Shown: in pieces, positions 35,256 to 45,514 of the stretch
Layout: the number at the start of each line of letters is the position of its first letter
Numbering within the stretch: position 1 is the first letter of the stretch
Notes under the pieces: model-generated
What the model was told of the DNA's origin: nothing
Database searches by the model: none
Seen by the model: the letters and a program-made list of their open reading frames with translations, nothing else
Program-made: the position numbers and the translations under genes
DNA from: Bacteroidales bacterium
GTDB lineage: Bacteria; Bacteroidota; Bacteroidia; Bacteroidales; P3
DNA: 64,000 bases
Assembly (NCBI GenBank): GCA_031263015.1
Contig: JAISGN010000007.1
Coordinates: 313 to 64,312, forward strand
Direction of reading: 5' to 3'

Positions 35256-36901
35256 TTCCTTTGTTTTATATCGTTTTAATGTGCTTTGGCTTTACGCTTA
35301 CCGCACAAAATTATCCTAAACATTACTTTTCATCCGTTCTTAATATACCTCTTTATCCTTCGGCGAGCTTTGGCGAAATTCGTCCCAACCATTTTCATTC
35401 CGGAATAGACATTCGTACCAACGAAAGGACGGGTTATCCTGTTTTTTCGCCTGCTGACGGATATATTTCCCGCATTAAAGTACAGGCATCGGGCGGAGGA
35501 AAAAATCTTTACGTCAATCACCCGAACGGATACACCACAGTATATATGCATTTGGAGCGTTACGCACCCGAAATTGAGCAATACCTGAAAGAATATCAAT
35601 ATTCACATCACAGATACGAAGTAGATATAAATTTATCGCCCGACAAAATCAAAGTAAAGCGGGGACAAACTATCGGATACACAGGAAACACCGGCGGATC
35701 GGGCGGTCCGCATTTGCATTACGAGATTCGCACGACATCAAATCAGGAAACAATAAATCCATTGCTCTTTTCATTTCCGATAAACGACACAATACCGCCC
35801 TTTTTTGCTAACATAATGGTAAAGGGAGACGATTATATTTCGGTAAAACGCCCTTACGACACAGTGATTGCAAAAGGTAATGAATTTTATATCTGCATTG
35901 AGGGCTACGACAAGGCACAAAATTCCACTAATCGCTTAGGTGTTTATTCCACAGAGGTGTTTTGCGACAATGAATTGATGTATCGCTGCAATATTAGCAA
36001 GTTTCTTTTTTCTCAAACAAGGGATGTCAATGCCATAACGGACTTTCGGGCATACATAGAGCAAGGAAGAACAATGCTGATGACCAAAAAATTACGCAAG
36101 AACAACTTTCCGTCCCTCTATTACAAAGAAAACGGGATTTTGAAAGCCTATTCATCTCACATTTACACCATCAGATGTATTCAAAAGGACTTTTTCGGCA
36201 ACCAGAGCGACTTTGTATTTTTCCTAAAAGCCGTTTGGTCGGACGTAAGCCTCAATTCAAATGATTCGGGCACTACATTATTTGACTGTGAAGACGAAAA
36301 CGTTTATACCTTTGCCGACAAAAGCACGATAAAAGTACCGAAGGGTGCATTGTATGATGATTATATTGTATCCGATAAGGCGAAATATGATTTTAAAACC
36401 TCGTATTATATTCCTAAATCCAACCTTATTCCGCTTAAAAAGAGCATTTCCGTTTCGTTAAACGCCGCTAAAATTCCTCAACATCTCCGTTCCAAAGCCT
36501 TAATCACCAGAAACGGCTCATCAATCGGCGGTTCATCACAAGGAAACTTCATTCAAACGACATCAAGTGCCTTCGGACGTTTTGCAATCGCCATAGACAC
36601 AATTTCTCCTCTCATTTCGCCGCAAAACTTTACCGATAAAAGACGATTATCGCCCGACCAAATGACTTTAAGCCTTAAAATAACGGACAAATTATCCGAT
36701 ATCGCCACATACAACGGCTGGTTAAACGGGCGGTGGATACTTTTTGAGTACGACAAGAAGCGTTCGGTGATAACCTTTGACCTTCATGAGTTGTTTATTG
36801 ACGACCCCGTGCTGCTCAATGACGGAAAAAATGTGCTCAAAGTTGAGGTCGCCGACAAGAAAGGCAACATCACCACCGCCGAATACACTATCATTAAGTA
36901 G
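35237..36901 (+). CDS. M23 family metallopeptidase
   Basis: HFHSGIDIRT and GGPHLHYEIR are the M23 zinc motifs. A GTG start gives the signal peptide MLFRRLIPLFYIVLMCFGFTLTAQ. The ORF overlaps the upstream gene by 19 nt. Confidence 0.85.
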   Translation: MLFRRLIPLFYIVLMCFGFTLTAQNYPKHYFSSVLNIPLYPSASFGEIRPNHFHSGIDIRTNERTGYPVFSPADGYISRIKVQASGGGKNLYVNHPNGYTTVYMHLERYAPEIEQYLKEYQYSHHRYEVDINLSPDKIKVKRGQTIGYTGNTGGSGGPHLHYEIRTTSNQETINPLLFSFPINDTIPPFFANIMVKGDDYISVKRPYDTVIAKGNEFYICIEGYDKAQNSTNRLGVYSTEVFCDNELMYRCNISKFLFSQTRDVNAITDFRAYIEQGRTMLMTKKLRKNNFPSLYYKENGILKAYSSHIYTIRCIQKDFFGNQSDFVFFLKAVWSDVSLNSNDSGTTLFDCEDENVYTFADKSTIKVPKGALYDDYIVSDKAKYDFKTSYYIPKSNLIPLKKSISVSLNAAKIPQHLRSKALITRNGSSIGGSSQGNFIQTTSSAFGRFAIAIDTISPLISPQNFTDKRRLSPDQMTLSLKITDKLSDIATYNGWLNGRWILFEYDKKRSVITFDLHELFIDDPVLLNDGKNVLKVEVADKKGNITTAEYTIIK

Positions 36902-36936
36902 AATACAGGTCTTGCATCAACGTCTCTTCATTTGCC

Positions 36937-37083
36937 GAAAATAAAACGCTGTTTGTGCGTGTCGCACTGACTTTATTTTTTATTAAGAGAATGTTTAGTG
37001 AAAACGAAACGCTGTTTGGTTAAAATGAAACAGGCTTTCGTGCGAATGAAACAGCCTTTTATTTTCACCAAACAGCGTTTTGT
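36937..37083. repeat. composite element: GTGCGTGTCGCAC hairpin head plus a 21-bp-phased array, between convergent genes
   Basis: The head is aaaacgctgtttGTGCGTGTCGCACtgactttatttttt, with the hairpin at 36955-36967. The following units include gaaacgctgtttggttaaaat / gaaacaggctttcgtgcgaat / gaaacagccttttattttcacc / aaacagcgtttt. The element is co-linear with the one at 30699-30840. Confidence 0.9.
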
Positions 37084-37113
37084 TAAAGCGAATGCAGGAG
37101 CGAGCCGAACGAA

Positions 37114-38583
37114 TTAAAAGCCCGGCAGATTGAAATAAAGTGTCGGCAGCAGCACAAGAAACCCTATGATGCACATAAGCAGTATAAATTTCCAGATGTA
37201 GCGAACCCAATCCACAAAGTCAATCTTCGCCACGCCCAAAACCGCTATCAGCACACCGGAAGTAGGTGTCAATAAATTTGTAAAGCCATCGCCGATATGG
37301 AAAGCCGTTACCGTTGTCTGCAAAGAAAGCCCTACCAAATCGGAAACCTGTCCGAAGATAGGCATAAGAAGAGCCGCCTTCGCCGAACCTGATGTGATGA
37401 GAGCATTAAGAAGAGTTTGCACGCCGTACATAAGTCCTAATGTGCCGACTTCCGAATTGCCGCCGCTGTTTGCTTGCAAGGCGACAAGCATTTCTGCTAT
37501 CACGCCGCCGTTTTCAAGCACCACAATAATGCCTGAGGCTAATCCGACAACCAAAGCGGCACTCAACATATCCTTTGCTCCTTCCAAAAATTCTTTTGCA
37601 ATCTTTGAGCCGCCGTAACCGAGAGATATGCCGCTTATTACGGCAAAAGCAAGGAATAAAGCGGCGATTTGCTGCAACGACCACTCATATTGTATCACTC
37701 CGACAATCAAACAGGCGATTGTAAAGCCGAAAAGAAACATCATATACTGATTTCGTCCCTTTGAAATGAGGTATGCACCCGCCGAAATGAAGACCACGCT
37801 CAATATTATGGGCGTTATTGCCACCGAATCCAAGGATTGAAAAATTGAAAAGAGTATCAATGCCGCACAAACCAAGCCGTATGATAACCAAGAGCCTTTT
37901 ACGGAGTGATTTTCGTTGGTTTGGTTTTGGTCAAATGAGGATTCGGACGATTGAGGCTTGATTTGGTTAAGTTTCTTTGCTTGTTTTGCGTGGCGAAGAA
38001 TAAATACCATGCCGATGAAAGTAAATAATAACCATATTAAAATGCGGTATTCTATGCCTGAAAACAAGGGTAAGCCGACTATTTCCTGAGCAATGCCCAG
38101 CGTAAAGGGATTTAAGATGCAGCCTGCAAAGCCTAAACCCGCCGCAAGGAAGCAAAGAGATACTCCTGTGAGTTTATCGTAGCCCATAGCTAGGGATAAA
38201 GTTACCATAATAGGCACAAAAGCTATCGTTTCTTCGCTCATGCCGAACAAAGCACCGAATGCCGAAAACAAAATAATGATGCATGCCATTATAATGTTGT
38301 TTGCTCCCAGCCAACGGAACACCCGATGCCGCTCAAGCTTGCTTGCAGAACCGAGAAACTTGACAATACCCCAGTCTAACGCCTTTGAAGAATTGTAAAT
38401 CCAGAATGCACCGCCGATAATCAGCAAAAAGACGATGATGTTTGCTGTTTTGGTGAAGCCGATACCAAAGCTTGTGAAAATTTGCCAGGAAACGGGCGTG
38501 GCATTAGGTACAATCCATGTGCTGATTGTTGCCAATAAAAGCAGAAAAGCAATGATGACGTAAGTATGAGGAAATTTCTTCAT
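37114..38583 (-). CDS. YfcC family transporter (DcuC-like anaerobic C4-dicarboxylate/basic amino acid carrier fold)
   Basis: The protein is polytopic. The start was set at MKKFPHTYVIIAFLLLL (38583), with a TATTTTTG box at 38627-38634 on the minus strand. The longer track ORF runs into the divergent promoter. Confidence 0.8.
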   Translation of the reverse strand: MKKFPHTYVIIAFLLLLATISTWIVPNATPVSWQIFTSFGIGFTKTANIIVFLLIIGGAFWIYNSSKALDWGIVKFLGSASKLERHRVFRWLGANNIIMACIIILFSAFGALFGMSEETIAFVPIMVTLSLAMGYDKLTGVSLCFLAAGLGFAGCILNPFTLGIAQEIVGLPLFSGIEYRILIWLLFTFIGMVFILRHAKQAKKLNQIKPQSSESSFDQNQTNENHSVKGSWLSYGLVCAALILFSIFQSLDSVAITPIILSVVFISAGAYLISKGRNQYMMFLFGFTIACLIVGVIQYEWSLQQIAALFLAFAVISGISLGYGGSKIAKEFLEGAKDMLSAALVVGLASGIIVVLENGGVIAEMLVALQANSGGNSEVGTLGLMYGVQTLLNALITSGSAKAALLMPIFGQVSDLVGLSLQTTVTAFHIGDGFTNLLTPTSGVLIAVLGVAKIDFVDWVRYIWKFILLMCIIGFLVLLPTLYFNLPGF

Positions 38584-38645
38584 AATGATGTTTGTATTTA
38601 TGTTGTTATTACTAAGGTTTATGCGGCAAAAATAATGAAAAGTTG

Positions 38646-38653
38646 TATCTTTG
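38646..38653 (+). promoter_or_regulatory. -7 box (TATCTTTG) of the nitroreductase gene
   Basis: This is an exact TAnnTTTG match, 45 nt upstream of the ATG at 38698. Confidence 0.5.
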
Positions 38654-38697
38654 CAAATGAATATTAAAATGAAACACACAACTAATACATTTTTCTT

Positions 38698-39297
38698 ATG
38701 AATAAAAGTCTTAAAGAATGCATTGCTGCCCGCCGAACTTACTATTCTATCAGTGATAATTCGTTATTGAAAGATGAAGAGATAGAACGCTTGGTTGAAT
38801 TCGCCTTAAAAAATGTTCCGTCAGCCTTTAACTCTCAATCAACAAGGATTGTATTGCTATTAAACGAGCATCACAAAGCATTATGGCAAATAACAAAAGA
38901 CGTATTGCGGGAAATAGTTTCCGAAAAAGCCTTTTCGGCGACCGAAAACAAGATAAACGGCTTTGCAAAAGGCTATGGCACGATACTATTCTTTGAAGAC
39001 AATGATACGATAGAGCGTTTGCAGAAATCGTTCCCTTCTTATGCATCAGCATTCCCTAATTATTCCGAACACACATCGGGAATGCATCAATTCGCTCTTT
39101 GGATGCTTTTGGAAGATGCAGGTTTCGGTGCATCGTTGCAGCATTATAATCCTATTATTGACCAAAAGGTTAAAAGCAAATGGGACTTGCCCGCTTCATG
39201 GAGGCTGATTGCTCAAATGCCTTTTGGCATTCCTACCGCAGAACCTTCACAAAAATCTTGCGAACCGATAGAAAACAGAATGAAAGTCTTCAAATAG
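38698..39297 (+). CDS. nitroreductase family protein
   Basis: The ORF is 199 aa. RRTYYSI and the S/T-rich NSQSTRIV segment are typical of the FMN nitroreductase fold. Confidence 0.8.
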   Translation: MNKSLKECIAARRTYYSISDNSLLKDEEIERLVEFALKNVPSAFNSQSTRIVLLLNEHHKALWQITKDVLREIVSEKAFSATENKINGFAKGYGTILFFEDNDTIERLQKSFPSYASAFPNYSEHTSGMHQFALWMLLEDAGFGASLQHYNPIIDQKVKSKWDLPASWRLIAQMPFGIPTAEPSQKSCEPIENRMKVFK

Positions 39298-39335
39298 AGT
39301 AGCATAATCACGCATCTGTAAAATAATATCAAACT

Positions 39336-40367
39336 ATGCCGACACCAAAAGAAAGAGGATTTTATTTTCCCGCCGAATGGCATAAACATAACAGCACTTG
39401 GTTGTCATATCCTCATAATGAAAATTCATTTCCTGCTAAAATCCATACGATTTTCCCTGCTTACAACCTGTTCATAAGAGAATTGGCGAAAAGCGAACGG
39501 GTTAATATTAACATTTTGGACGATGCGATGAGAATAAGGCTTGAAAAGGAGTTAAATGAAACAGGCGTTTATATGAATAATGTTTGCTTTCATTTTTTTG
39601 AAACCAACGATGCGTGGTGCCGAGATCACGGACCGGCGTTTTTAATCAATGGAAAGGGCGAACGAATCATTGTTGATTGGGATTATAACGCTTGGGGAGG
39701 GAAATATCCTGCTGAAAAAGATAATCTTATTCCTGAAAAAATCGCCGCCTATCTTGATTTGGAAGCCGTAAAACCAAATATCGTTATGGAGGGAGGCAGC
39801 ATTGATGTAAATGGAAAGGGAACTCTGCTCACTACAACCTCATGTCTTTTGAACCAAAACCGCAATCCTCATCTTAATCAATCACAAATTGAGGATAAAC
39901 TTTGCAATTATTATGGTGTAGAGAAGATTATTTGGCTTGAGGAGGGCATTGACGGCGATGATACCGACGGACATATTGACGATATGGCACGTTTTACGGA
40001 TGAAAGCAGCATTGCAATAGCCGTTGAGACCAATAGACGGGATGAAAACTATGAATCGCTTCAACAAAACCTCAAACTGCTCAAACAATGTCGGCTTCAA
40101 GACGGCAAACAACCAACGATTATTGAATTGCCTATGCCTATGCCTGTCGTATGGCAAGAACAGAGGCTGCCGGCTTCTTATGCTAATTTTTACATATCAA
40201 ATTCCGCTGTCATTGTTCCTACATATAGATGCGAGCAAGACAACAAAGCAATTTATATTTTAGAGGAATGTTTTAAGGAAAGGAAGGTTGTCGGTATTGA
40301 TTCCACTGAAATAATTTGGGGATTAGGCTCTTTCCATTGCCTTTCTCAACAAGAACCGTCGGCATAG
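39336..40367 (+). CDS. aguA: agmatine deiminase
   Basis: The ORF is 343 aa. PAEWHKH, WCRDHGP, DGHIDD and the catalytic GSFHCLSQQ Cys motif are present. Confidence 0.92.
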   Translation: MPTPKERGFYFPAEWHKHNSTWLSYPHNENSFPAKIHTIFPAYNLFIRELAKSERVNINILDDAMRIRLEKELNETGVYMNNVCFHFFETNDAWCRDHGPAFLINGKGERIIVDWDYNAWGGKYPAEKDNLIPEKIAAYLDLEAVKPNIVMEGGSIDVNGKGTLLTTTSCLLNQNRNPHLNQSQIEDKLCNYYGVEKIIWLEEGIDGDDTDGHIDDMARFTDESSIAIAVETNRRDENYESLQQNLKLLKQCRLQDGKQPTIIELPMPMPVVWQEQRLPASYANFYISNSAVIVPTYRCEQDNKAIYILEECFKERKVVGIDSTEIIWGLGSFHCLSQQEPSA

Positions 40368-40403
40368 GCTGTTTCACATATACATTAACAACAAAAAACG
40401 CCT

Positions 40404-41018
40404 GTGATACTCACCTTATACGAAGATAACCCCAATCCGAAACAGATAGAGCAAATTGTACGGGTTTTAGAGCAAGGAGGCGTTATAATTTATCCGACAG
40501 ATACGCTTTATGCCTTTGCTTGCGACATCAACAACGCCAAAGCCGCAAGACGATTGGCTGCTTTGAAAGGCAAGATGTTGGAAAAAAGTTATTTTTCCAT
40601 TGTTTGCCGCAACATAAGTCAGGTTTCGCAATACGTAAAGCCCCTTTCCAACGAACAATTCAGGATTTTAAAAGCCAATTTGCCGGGTTCATTTACATTT
40701 GTGCTTAAAACATCACCGCTAACGCCCAGAATATTCCAAACAAAACGCCAAACAATAGGAATAAGAGTACCTAATAACGCCATCGCTCTTGCTATAGTTG
40801 AAATGTTTGGGCGTCCTGTTCTGACTTCATCGCTTTGCAGAGACGGGAAATGCACGGAGGATTACGCCGATGCAGGTCTTATTGAAGAGCAATACGGCAA
40901 TAAAGTTGATTTGATAGTGGATGGCGGGCAGATAAGCAACATTCCATCAACTGTTGTGAGCCTTATAGATGACCAAACGGCGATTCTCCGCGAAGGATTG
41001 TGCTTACCACGTCTGTAA
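40404..41018 (+). CDS. tsaC: L-threonylcarbamoyladenylate synthase (YrdC/TsaC)
   Basis: The ORF is 204 aa with a GTG start. YPTDTLYAFACD is the YrdC-domain signature. The 3' end overlaps the convergent DUF2461 gene by 15 nt. Confidence 0.88.
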   Translation: MILTLYEDNPNPKQIEQIVRVLEQGGVIIYPTDTLYAFACDINNAKAARRLAALKGKMLEKSYFSIVCRNISQVSQYVKPLSNEQFRILKANLPGSFTFVLKTSPLTPRIFQTKRQTIGIRVPNNAIALAIVEMFGRPVLTSSLCRDGKCTEDYADAGLIEEQYGNKVDLIVDGGQISNIPSTVVSLIDDQTAILREGLCLPRL

Positions 41019-41783
41019 ATCTTCCTTTTCCTGTTCGCAAACGTAGTCTATAGCCCTGTTTATGAAGTTTAGAAACGGCTTTGTAGCCTTTGCCTGTTCG
41101 CAAATGAAGTTTGCCAGCATTCCGTTCTCAATTACATCATTTTTTACGGCTGATTTTTTGCCTGCATTGAGGATTTCTTTTTCCTTAACCTGCTTTACGA
41201 GGCAGAAATCCTTCAATTTAAGATATTCATCAGCAATTCCGCTCTCAAAACCCGCAGGAAGTTTTTTTAATGTGTTATATCGGTCAAGCGAAAACGCAGA
41301 AGCCTGCTCCAAAACCTTTGAAAACGCCTGCCAATCATTGTAAATATCTTCTCTAATCACCTTTACATACTTTGATTCCAGCATATAAGTGCCTGAAGCC
41401 AGCAAATAATTCCCGTTATCCGCAGAACGGTTGAAATCCATCGGGAAACCATTTTCCTTATTGCCCGCAGAATACGGCTCAAAGTGGAAATAATAGCCCG
41501 CATAGCCTGATTTCTTGCCGCCTTTGGCTATAAAAATTCCCAGATATGCCTTATACGGCGACTTATCCTTGCTAAAACGAATATCGCGGTTGATTCTGTA
41601 CAGACAATCCGCAGGTTGCAAGCCGCTAATGCTTGAATCCCATTGCGAGATGTTTGCAATAAGTTGAGCGGTCAGCGTTTCAATCTTTTTTTTCACCGCT
41701 TTGTACTCATTTCTGTTGGCATCAAACCATTCTTTGTTGTTATTGTCGCGCAATTGTCTGAAAAAATCAAGTATATCTTTCAT
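41004..41783 (-). CDS. DUF2461 (TIGR02453) family protein
   Basis: The ORF is 259 aa. The N-terminus FFRQLRDNNNKEWFDANRNEYK and RINRDIRFSKDKSPYK are typical of the family. A TATCTTTG box lies at 41807-41814 on the minus strand. Confidence 0.85.
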   Translation of the reverse strand: MKDILDFFRQLRDNNNKEWFDANRNEYKAVKKKIETLTAQLIANISQWDSSISGLQPADCLYRINRDIRFSKDKSPYKAYLGIFIAKGGKKSGYAGYYFHFEPYSAGNKENGFPMDFNRSADNGNYLLASGTYMLESKYVKVIREDIYNDWQAFSKVLEQASAFSLDRYNTLKKLPAGFESGIADEYLKLKDFCLVKQVKEKEILNAGKKSAVKNDVIENGMLANFICEQAKATKPFLNFINRAIDYVCEQEKEDLQTW

Positions 41784-41847
41784 AATATCAATATATTTAT
41801 TGATTGCAAAGATACAAAATTTGCTTTTATTTCCATCAAACTTGCTT

Positions 41848-41952
41848 TGCCGAAAATGAAATCAGGTTTGGTTGAAATGAAATCAGATTTGGTTGAAATG
41901 AAATCAGGTTTGATAAAAATGAAATCAGGTTTTGCATAAATCAAACAAGGCA
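41848..41952. repeat. 21-bp tandem array (5 units), GAAATGAAATCAGGTTT variant
   Basis: The units are tgccgaaaatgaaatcaggtt / tggttgaaatgaaatcagatt / tggttgaaatgaaatcaggtt / tgataaaaatgaaatcaggtt / ttgcataaatcaaacaaggca. The array fills the gap between two divergent -7 boxes. Confidence 0.9.
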
Positions 41953-41962
41953 TTTTTTTTAT

Positions 41963-41970
41963 TATCTTTG
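41963..41970 (+). promoter_or_regulatory. -7 box (TATCTTTG) of the EamA transporter gene
   Basis: This is an exact TAnnTTTG match, 35 nt upstream of the ATG at 42005. Confidence 0.5.
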
Positions 41971-42004
41971 CACGCCCGTAGCCAAAAGGGCTTTTTATAA
42001 CGAT

Positions 42005-42898
42005 ATGTTCAAGAAAACAAGAAAGTTTTACGCATATATTGCCGTTATTGTGGCAATGTTTTTCTGGGGAATAAGCTTTGTCTGGACCAAGGAATTGCTT
42101 AACAATGGTTTTAACGTGATTTTTATCGTTACTACCAGACTTTTGATTGCGTTTCTGCTGTTGTATATCATTTTTAAGGCGAGCGGCAAGCTGGAAAGCA
42201 TAAAACGAAAAGATGTTCCGAAGTTTCTGCTGCTGGCTTTTTGCGAACCTTTTATGTATTTCATAGGTGAGAATTACGGATTGAAGTTTGTGGATGCGAG
42301 TTTTGCAGCTATTTTCATTGCTATCATACCTGTGATGGTTCCTTTCGGATTACGGATTTTTTGTAAGCAGAAACTGCACGCTACAATCATAATCGGCGTT
42401 GTGATTTCAGTCATCGGTATTGCCGTAATGTCGTTGGGAAATGGTCTTTCTTTCAATGTCAGCCTTAAAGGCGTGTTGCTGTTGCTGCTTGCAGTGATTG
42501 CGGCTGTCGGATACAGCGTTATGCTTGACAAACTGCTGTCTTATAGTCCTGTAACAATAACTGTGGTTCAGAATATCATAGCTGTCGTTTATTATCTGCC
42601 GCTTTTTATTTTTGTTGAGCCGCCTCAGTTTGACGCTATGCAGTGGAATCCGCATACAATCTTTTCTCTGATTATGCTTGCTGTGTTTTGTTCGTCAATA
42701 GCCTTTCTTGGTTATTCTTATTCTGCGAAACATATCTCTGTTGCCAAAGCCGCAGTTTTTACGAACACTATTCCCGTTGTTACTATTGCGTTTGCGGTGT
42801 TGATAGGGCAAGAAACGTTGTCGTTAAACAAGGTAATAGGCGGACTAATCGTTATCGGGGGAGTATTTTTCAGCCAATTCGTGTTGAAAAAGAAGTAA
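42005..42898 (+). CDS. DMT superfamily (EamA-like) transporter
   Basis: The ORF is 297 aa with ~10 TM helices in two EamA-like halves. Confidence 0.85.
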   Translation: MFKKTRKFYAYIAVIVAMFFWGISFVWTKELLNNGFNVIFIVTTRLLIAFLLLYIIFKASGKLESIKRKDVPKFLLLAFCEPFMYFIGENYGLKFVDASFAAIFIAIIPVMVPFGLRIFCKQKLHATIIIGVVISVIGIAVMSLGNGLSFNVSLKGVLLLLLAVIAAVGYSVMLDKLLSYSPVTITVVQNIIAVVYYLPLFIFVEPPQFDAMQWNPHTIFSLIMLAVFCSSIAFLGYSYSAKHISVAKAAVFTNTIPVVTIAFAVLIGQETLSLNKVIGGLIVIGGVFFSQFVLKKK

Positions 42899-42993
42899 TG
42901 AAAATATTATTATTTTTATAGAATATCGTATCTTTGCAGACCTAAACTTTAAATGCAAATAATTTGTTGTCTAACCTACAAAAGGAAAAAACG

Positions 42994-43602
42994 ATGCACG
43001 TTGCGATAGCCGGCAATATAGGTTGCGGAAAAACGACATTGACTTCCATATTGGCAAAACACTTTAAGTGGGAGCCGATTTATGAGGCGATGGAGTCCAA
43101 TCCTTATATAGAATTGTTCTATGAGGATATGAGGCGGTGGGCTTTTAATTTACAGATATATTTTCTTAATACGCGCTTCCGCAGAGTTGTTGATGCAAGA
43201 AGTAAATACGATAAGATTATTCAGGATCGTACTCTGTTTGAAGACGCATGTATTTTCGCTCCGAACTTATATGAGATGGGGCTGATGACAACGCGTGATT
43301 TTGAAACATATAAGGCAATGTTTGAATTGTTGTCATCCTTCGTGCCGATACCAGACCTTGTTATTTACATGAAAGCATCAGAACCTACATTGATACGGCA
43401 GATTCTTAAACGGGGACGAGCCTATGAAGCATCCATAAGCCTTGAATACATAAAGACTCTTAATTTGAGATACGAGGAATGGATTAACAATTACACAGGA
43501 CGGTATATTGTGATTGATATGGACGAGATGGATTTGGATATACCGGAAGACCTGAACAAGATAATTGAGAAAATCAATGCGGAAATAAATGGGCTTTTTT
43601 GA
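42994..43602 (+). CDS. deoxynucleoside kinase
   Basis: It has the P-loop GNIGCGKTTL and a dNK-like ERS/DR motif region (QDRTLFED). The ATG at 42994 is preferred over the TTG at 42964. Confidence 0.88.
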   Translation: MHVAIAGNIGCGKTTLTSILAKHFKWEPIYEAMESNPYIELFYEDMRRWAFNLQIYFLNTRFRRVVDARSKYDKIIQDRTLFEDACIFAPNLYEMGLMTTRDFETYKAMFELLSSFVPIPDLVIYMKASEPTLIRQILKRGRAYEASISLEYIKTLNLRYEEWINNYTGRYIVIDMDEMDLDIPEDLNKIIEKINAEINGLF

Positions 43603-43604
43603 AT

Positions 43605-44363
43605 ATGAAGACTTTGGCAGTTATTCCCGCTCGTTATGGCAGCAGTCGCTTTGTCGGCAAGCCGTTGGCAAAGATTGCCGACAAGGAAATGATATTTTGG
43701 GTGTGCGAAGCCGTAAATAATTCCGCTCTTTTTACTAAAACAATTGTTGCAACGGACAATAGACAAATTTATGATTTGGTTTTAGGACATGGTTTTGAGG
43801 CAATGATGACTTCCGAAGCCCATACTAACGGCACACAACGCTGTGAGCAGGTGTTGAATGAGGAAGAAAAAGCGGGAAATTATTATGATGTGCTGGTGAA
43901 TGTGCAGGGTGATGAGCCGATGATAAAGAAGGAGCAGTTGAAACTTGTTTTGCAGGCATTCGAAGAAGATAAGAATACTCAAATAGCAACATTGTGCAAA
44001 CGTATTGATGATATTGATACGTTATTGTCTCCGAATGTTGTAAAGGTTGCAGCCAGTGGAGAAAATGCTCTTTGCTTTTCACGTTCTGTTATCCCCTTTG
44101 CACGAACTAAAACGCAGGAAGAAGGTATTGAAAGCGGCATTTACTACAAACATATTGGGCTTTACGCATACAAAACGGAGATTCTTCATAAATTAGTAGC
44201 CTTAAAACCAACTCCTTTGGAACAAATGGAGTCATTGGAGCAACTTCGGTGGCTGGAAAACGGCTATCGTATCAAAATAAAGCAAACAACAATAGATTCT
44301 TTTGGCATTGATACAAAAGAAGAACTTGATTTATTAAACTCGACCTTACTTTCCAACTACTAA
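43605..44363 (+). CDS. kdsB: 3-deoxy-manno-octulosonate cytidylyltransferase
   Basis: AVIPARYGSSRFVGKPL and NVQGDEPMI are KdsB signatures. The ATG at 43605 is preferred over the TTG at 43599. Confidence 0.92.
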   Translation: MKTLAVIPARYGSSRFVGKPLAKIADKEMIFWVCEAVNNSALFTKTIVATDNRQIYDLVLGHGFEAMMTSEAHTNGTQRCEQVLNEEEKAGNYYDVLVNVQGDEPMIKKEQLKLVLQAFEEDKNTQIATLCKRIDDIDTLLSPNVVKVAASGENALCFSRSVIPFARTKTQEEGIESGIYYKHIGLYAYKTEILHKLVALKPTPLEQMESLEQLRWLENGYRIKIKQTTIDSFGIDTKEELDLLNSTLLSNY

Positions 44364-44379
44364 AATCCCTCTTATAATT

Positions 44380-45447
44380 ATGGATACAAAGTTTAGAATT
44401 TTTGATGACAATGCTCCGCTGTTTGATTCAATGATTGCGGATTTTCTTCAAGCCAAAAAATCTATATTTTTTGAGATATACCGCTTCGGACACGACGAAA
44501 TGGGTGAAAGATTTGCTGATGTATTGATACAAAAAGCCAAACAGGGATTAGATGTCAGGCTTATAGCGGATGCTTGGGGGACAGGAGAAAATCAGCCTTT
44601 GATAGAAAAAATGCAAAAAGGCGGAGTGCAGGTGAGAATATACCATAAACTCATATTGGACAGAGGTTATTTGGCAAAAAATCATTGTCGTAATCATCGC
44701 AAGTTAATCATTATTGATGCTAATATCTCATATCTTGGCTCTTCAAACATCACTGCTTACTCGCTTTGTTGGAGAGAACTAAATCTAAGGATAGAAGACC
44801 CTTCGTTTGCGAGCAGTTTTACCCGCGCCTTCAAGGATAGCTATCGCACATACAACAAATATTCCATCCGAAAGAACAATACCAAACGGGATATGAAGAT
44901 TGGCGACTGGCTTTTCATACAGGATTTGCCTACTCCTTATAGACAAAAGATTAAAGTGAGGTATGAGAAGATGATAAACAACGCAAAAAAGAGTATTGTG
45001 ATAGAAACACCATATTTTTTGCCCGGATACGTATTACGAAAGGAACTTGCAGAGGCGGTAAGCAGGGGAGTAGATGTGCGAGTCATTACTCCGTTTCAAT
45101 CTGATGTTCATGTCGTGGATATAATACGACGTCATTATTTGGGCTTATTGCATGAGAACGGAGTGCAGTTGATGTTTTATACTCCCGGAAACCTGCATGC
45201 GAAATGCCTGATGGTGGATGATAATATTTTTTCTATCAGTTCTGCCAATTTTGATTACAGATCTTTTCGTTATCAGAACGAAATTGCTCTCGTCGGCAAG
45301 GATAAGTATGTGCTTACGCTCTTACGCAACCATATAGACAAGACTTTGCAGAACTGTGAGGCGTTTGATTATCATAAATGGAAGAATCGTTCGCTGATAG
45401 AACGGTTTATAGAATATCTTTTGTTGCCTTTCCGACATCTGTTCTGA
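44380..45447 (+). CDS. phospholipase D-like / cardiolipin synthase-like protein
   Basis: The ORF is 355 aa with two HKD motifs (HRKLIIIDANISYLGSSN and HAKCLMVDDNIFSISSANFD). Confidence 0.88.
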   Translation: MDTKFRIFDDNAPLFDSMIADFLQAKKSIFFEIYRFGHDEMGERFADVLIQKAKQGLDVRLIADAWGTGENQPLIEKMQKGGVQVRIYHKLILDRGYLAKNHCRNHRKLIIIDANISYLGSSNITAYSLCWRELNLRIEDPSFASSFTRAFKDSYRTYNKYSIRKNNTKRDMKIGDWLFIQDLPTPYRQKIKVRYEKMINNAKKSIVIETPYFLPGYVLRKELAEAVSRGVDVRVITPFQSDVHVVDIIRRHYLGLLHENGVQLMFYTPGNLHAKCLMVDDNIFSISSANFDYRSFRYQNEIALVGKDKYVLTLLRNHIDKTLQNCEAFDYHKWKNRSLIERFIEYLLLPFRHLF

Positions 45448-45514
45448 TTGGGAATACTCTATTAGTATTGTTGCCGACTATTTCTCTCTTTATCTGCTTT
45501 TTGTAAAAGTTTAT

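Noticed and set aside
41004-41018. A 15-nt 3'-end overlap of convergent tsaC and the DUF2461 gene, considered as a regulatory antisense arrangement.
   Set aside because: Short convergent overlaps are common in compact genomes, and there is no additional structure to support a special role.
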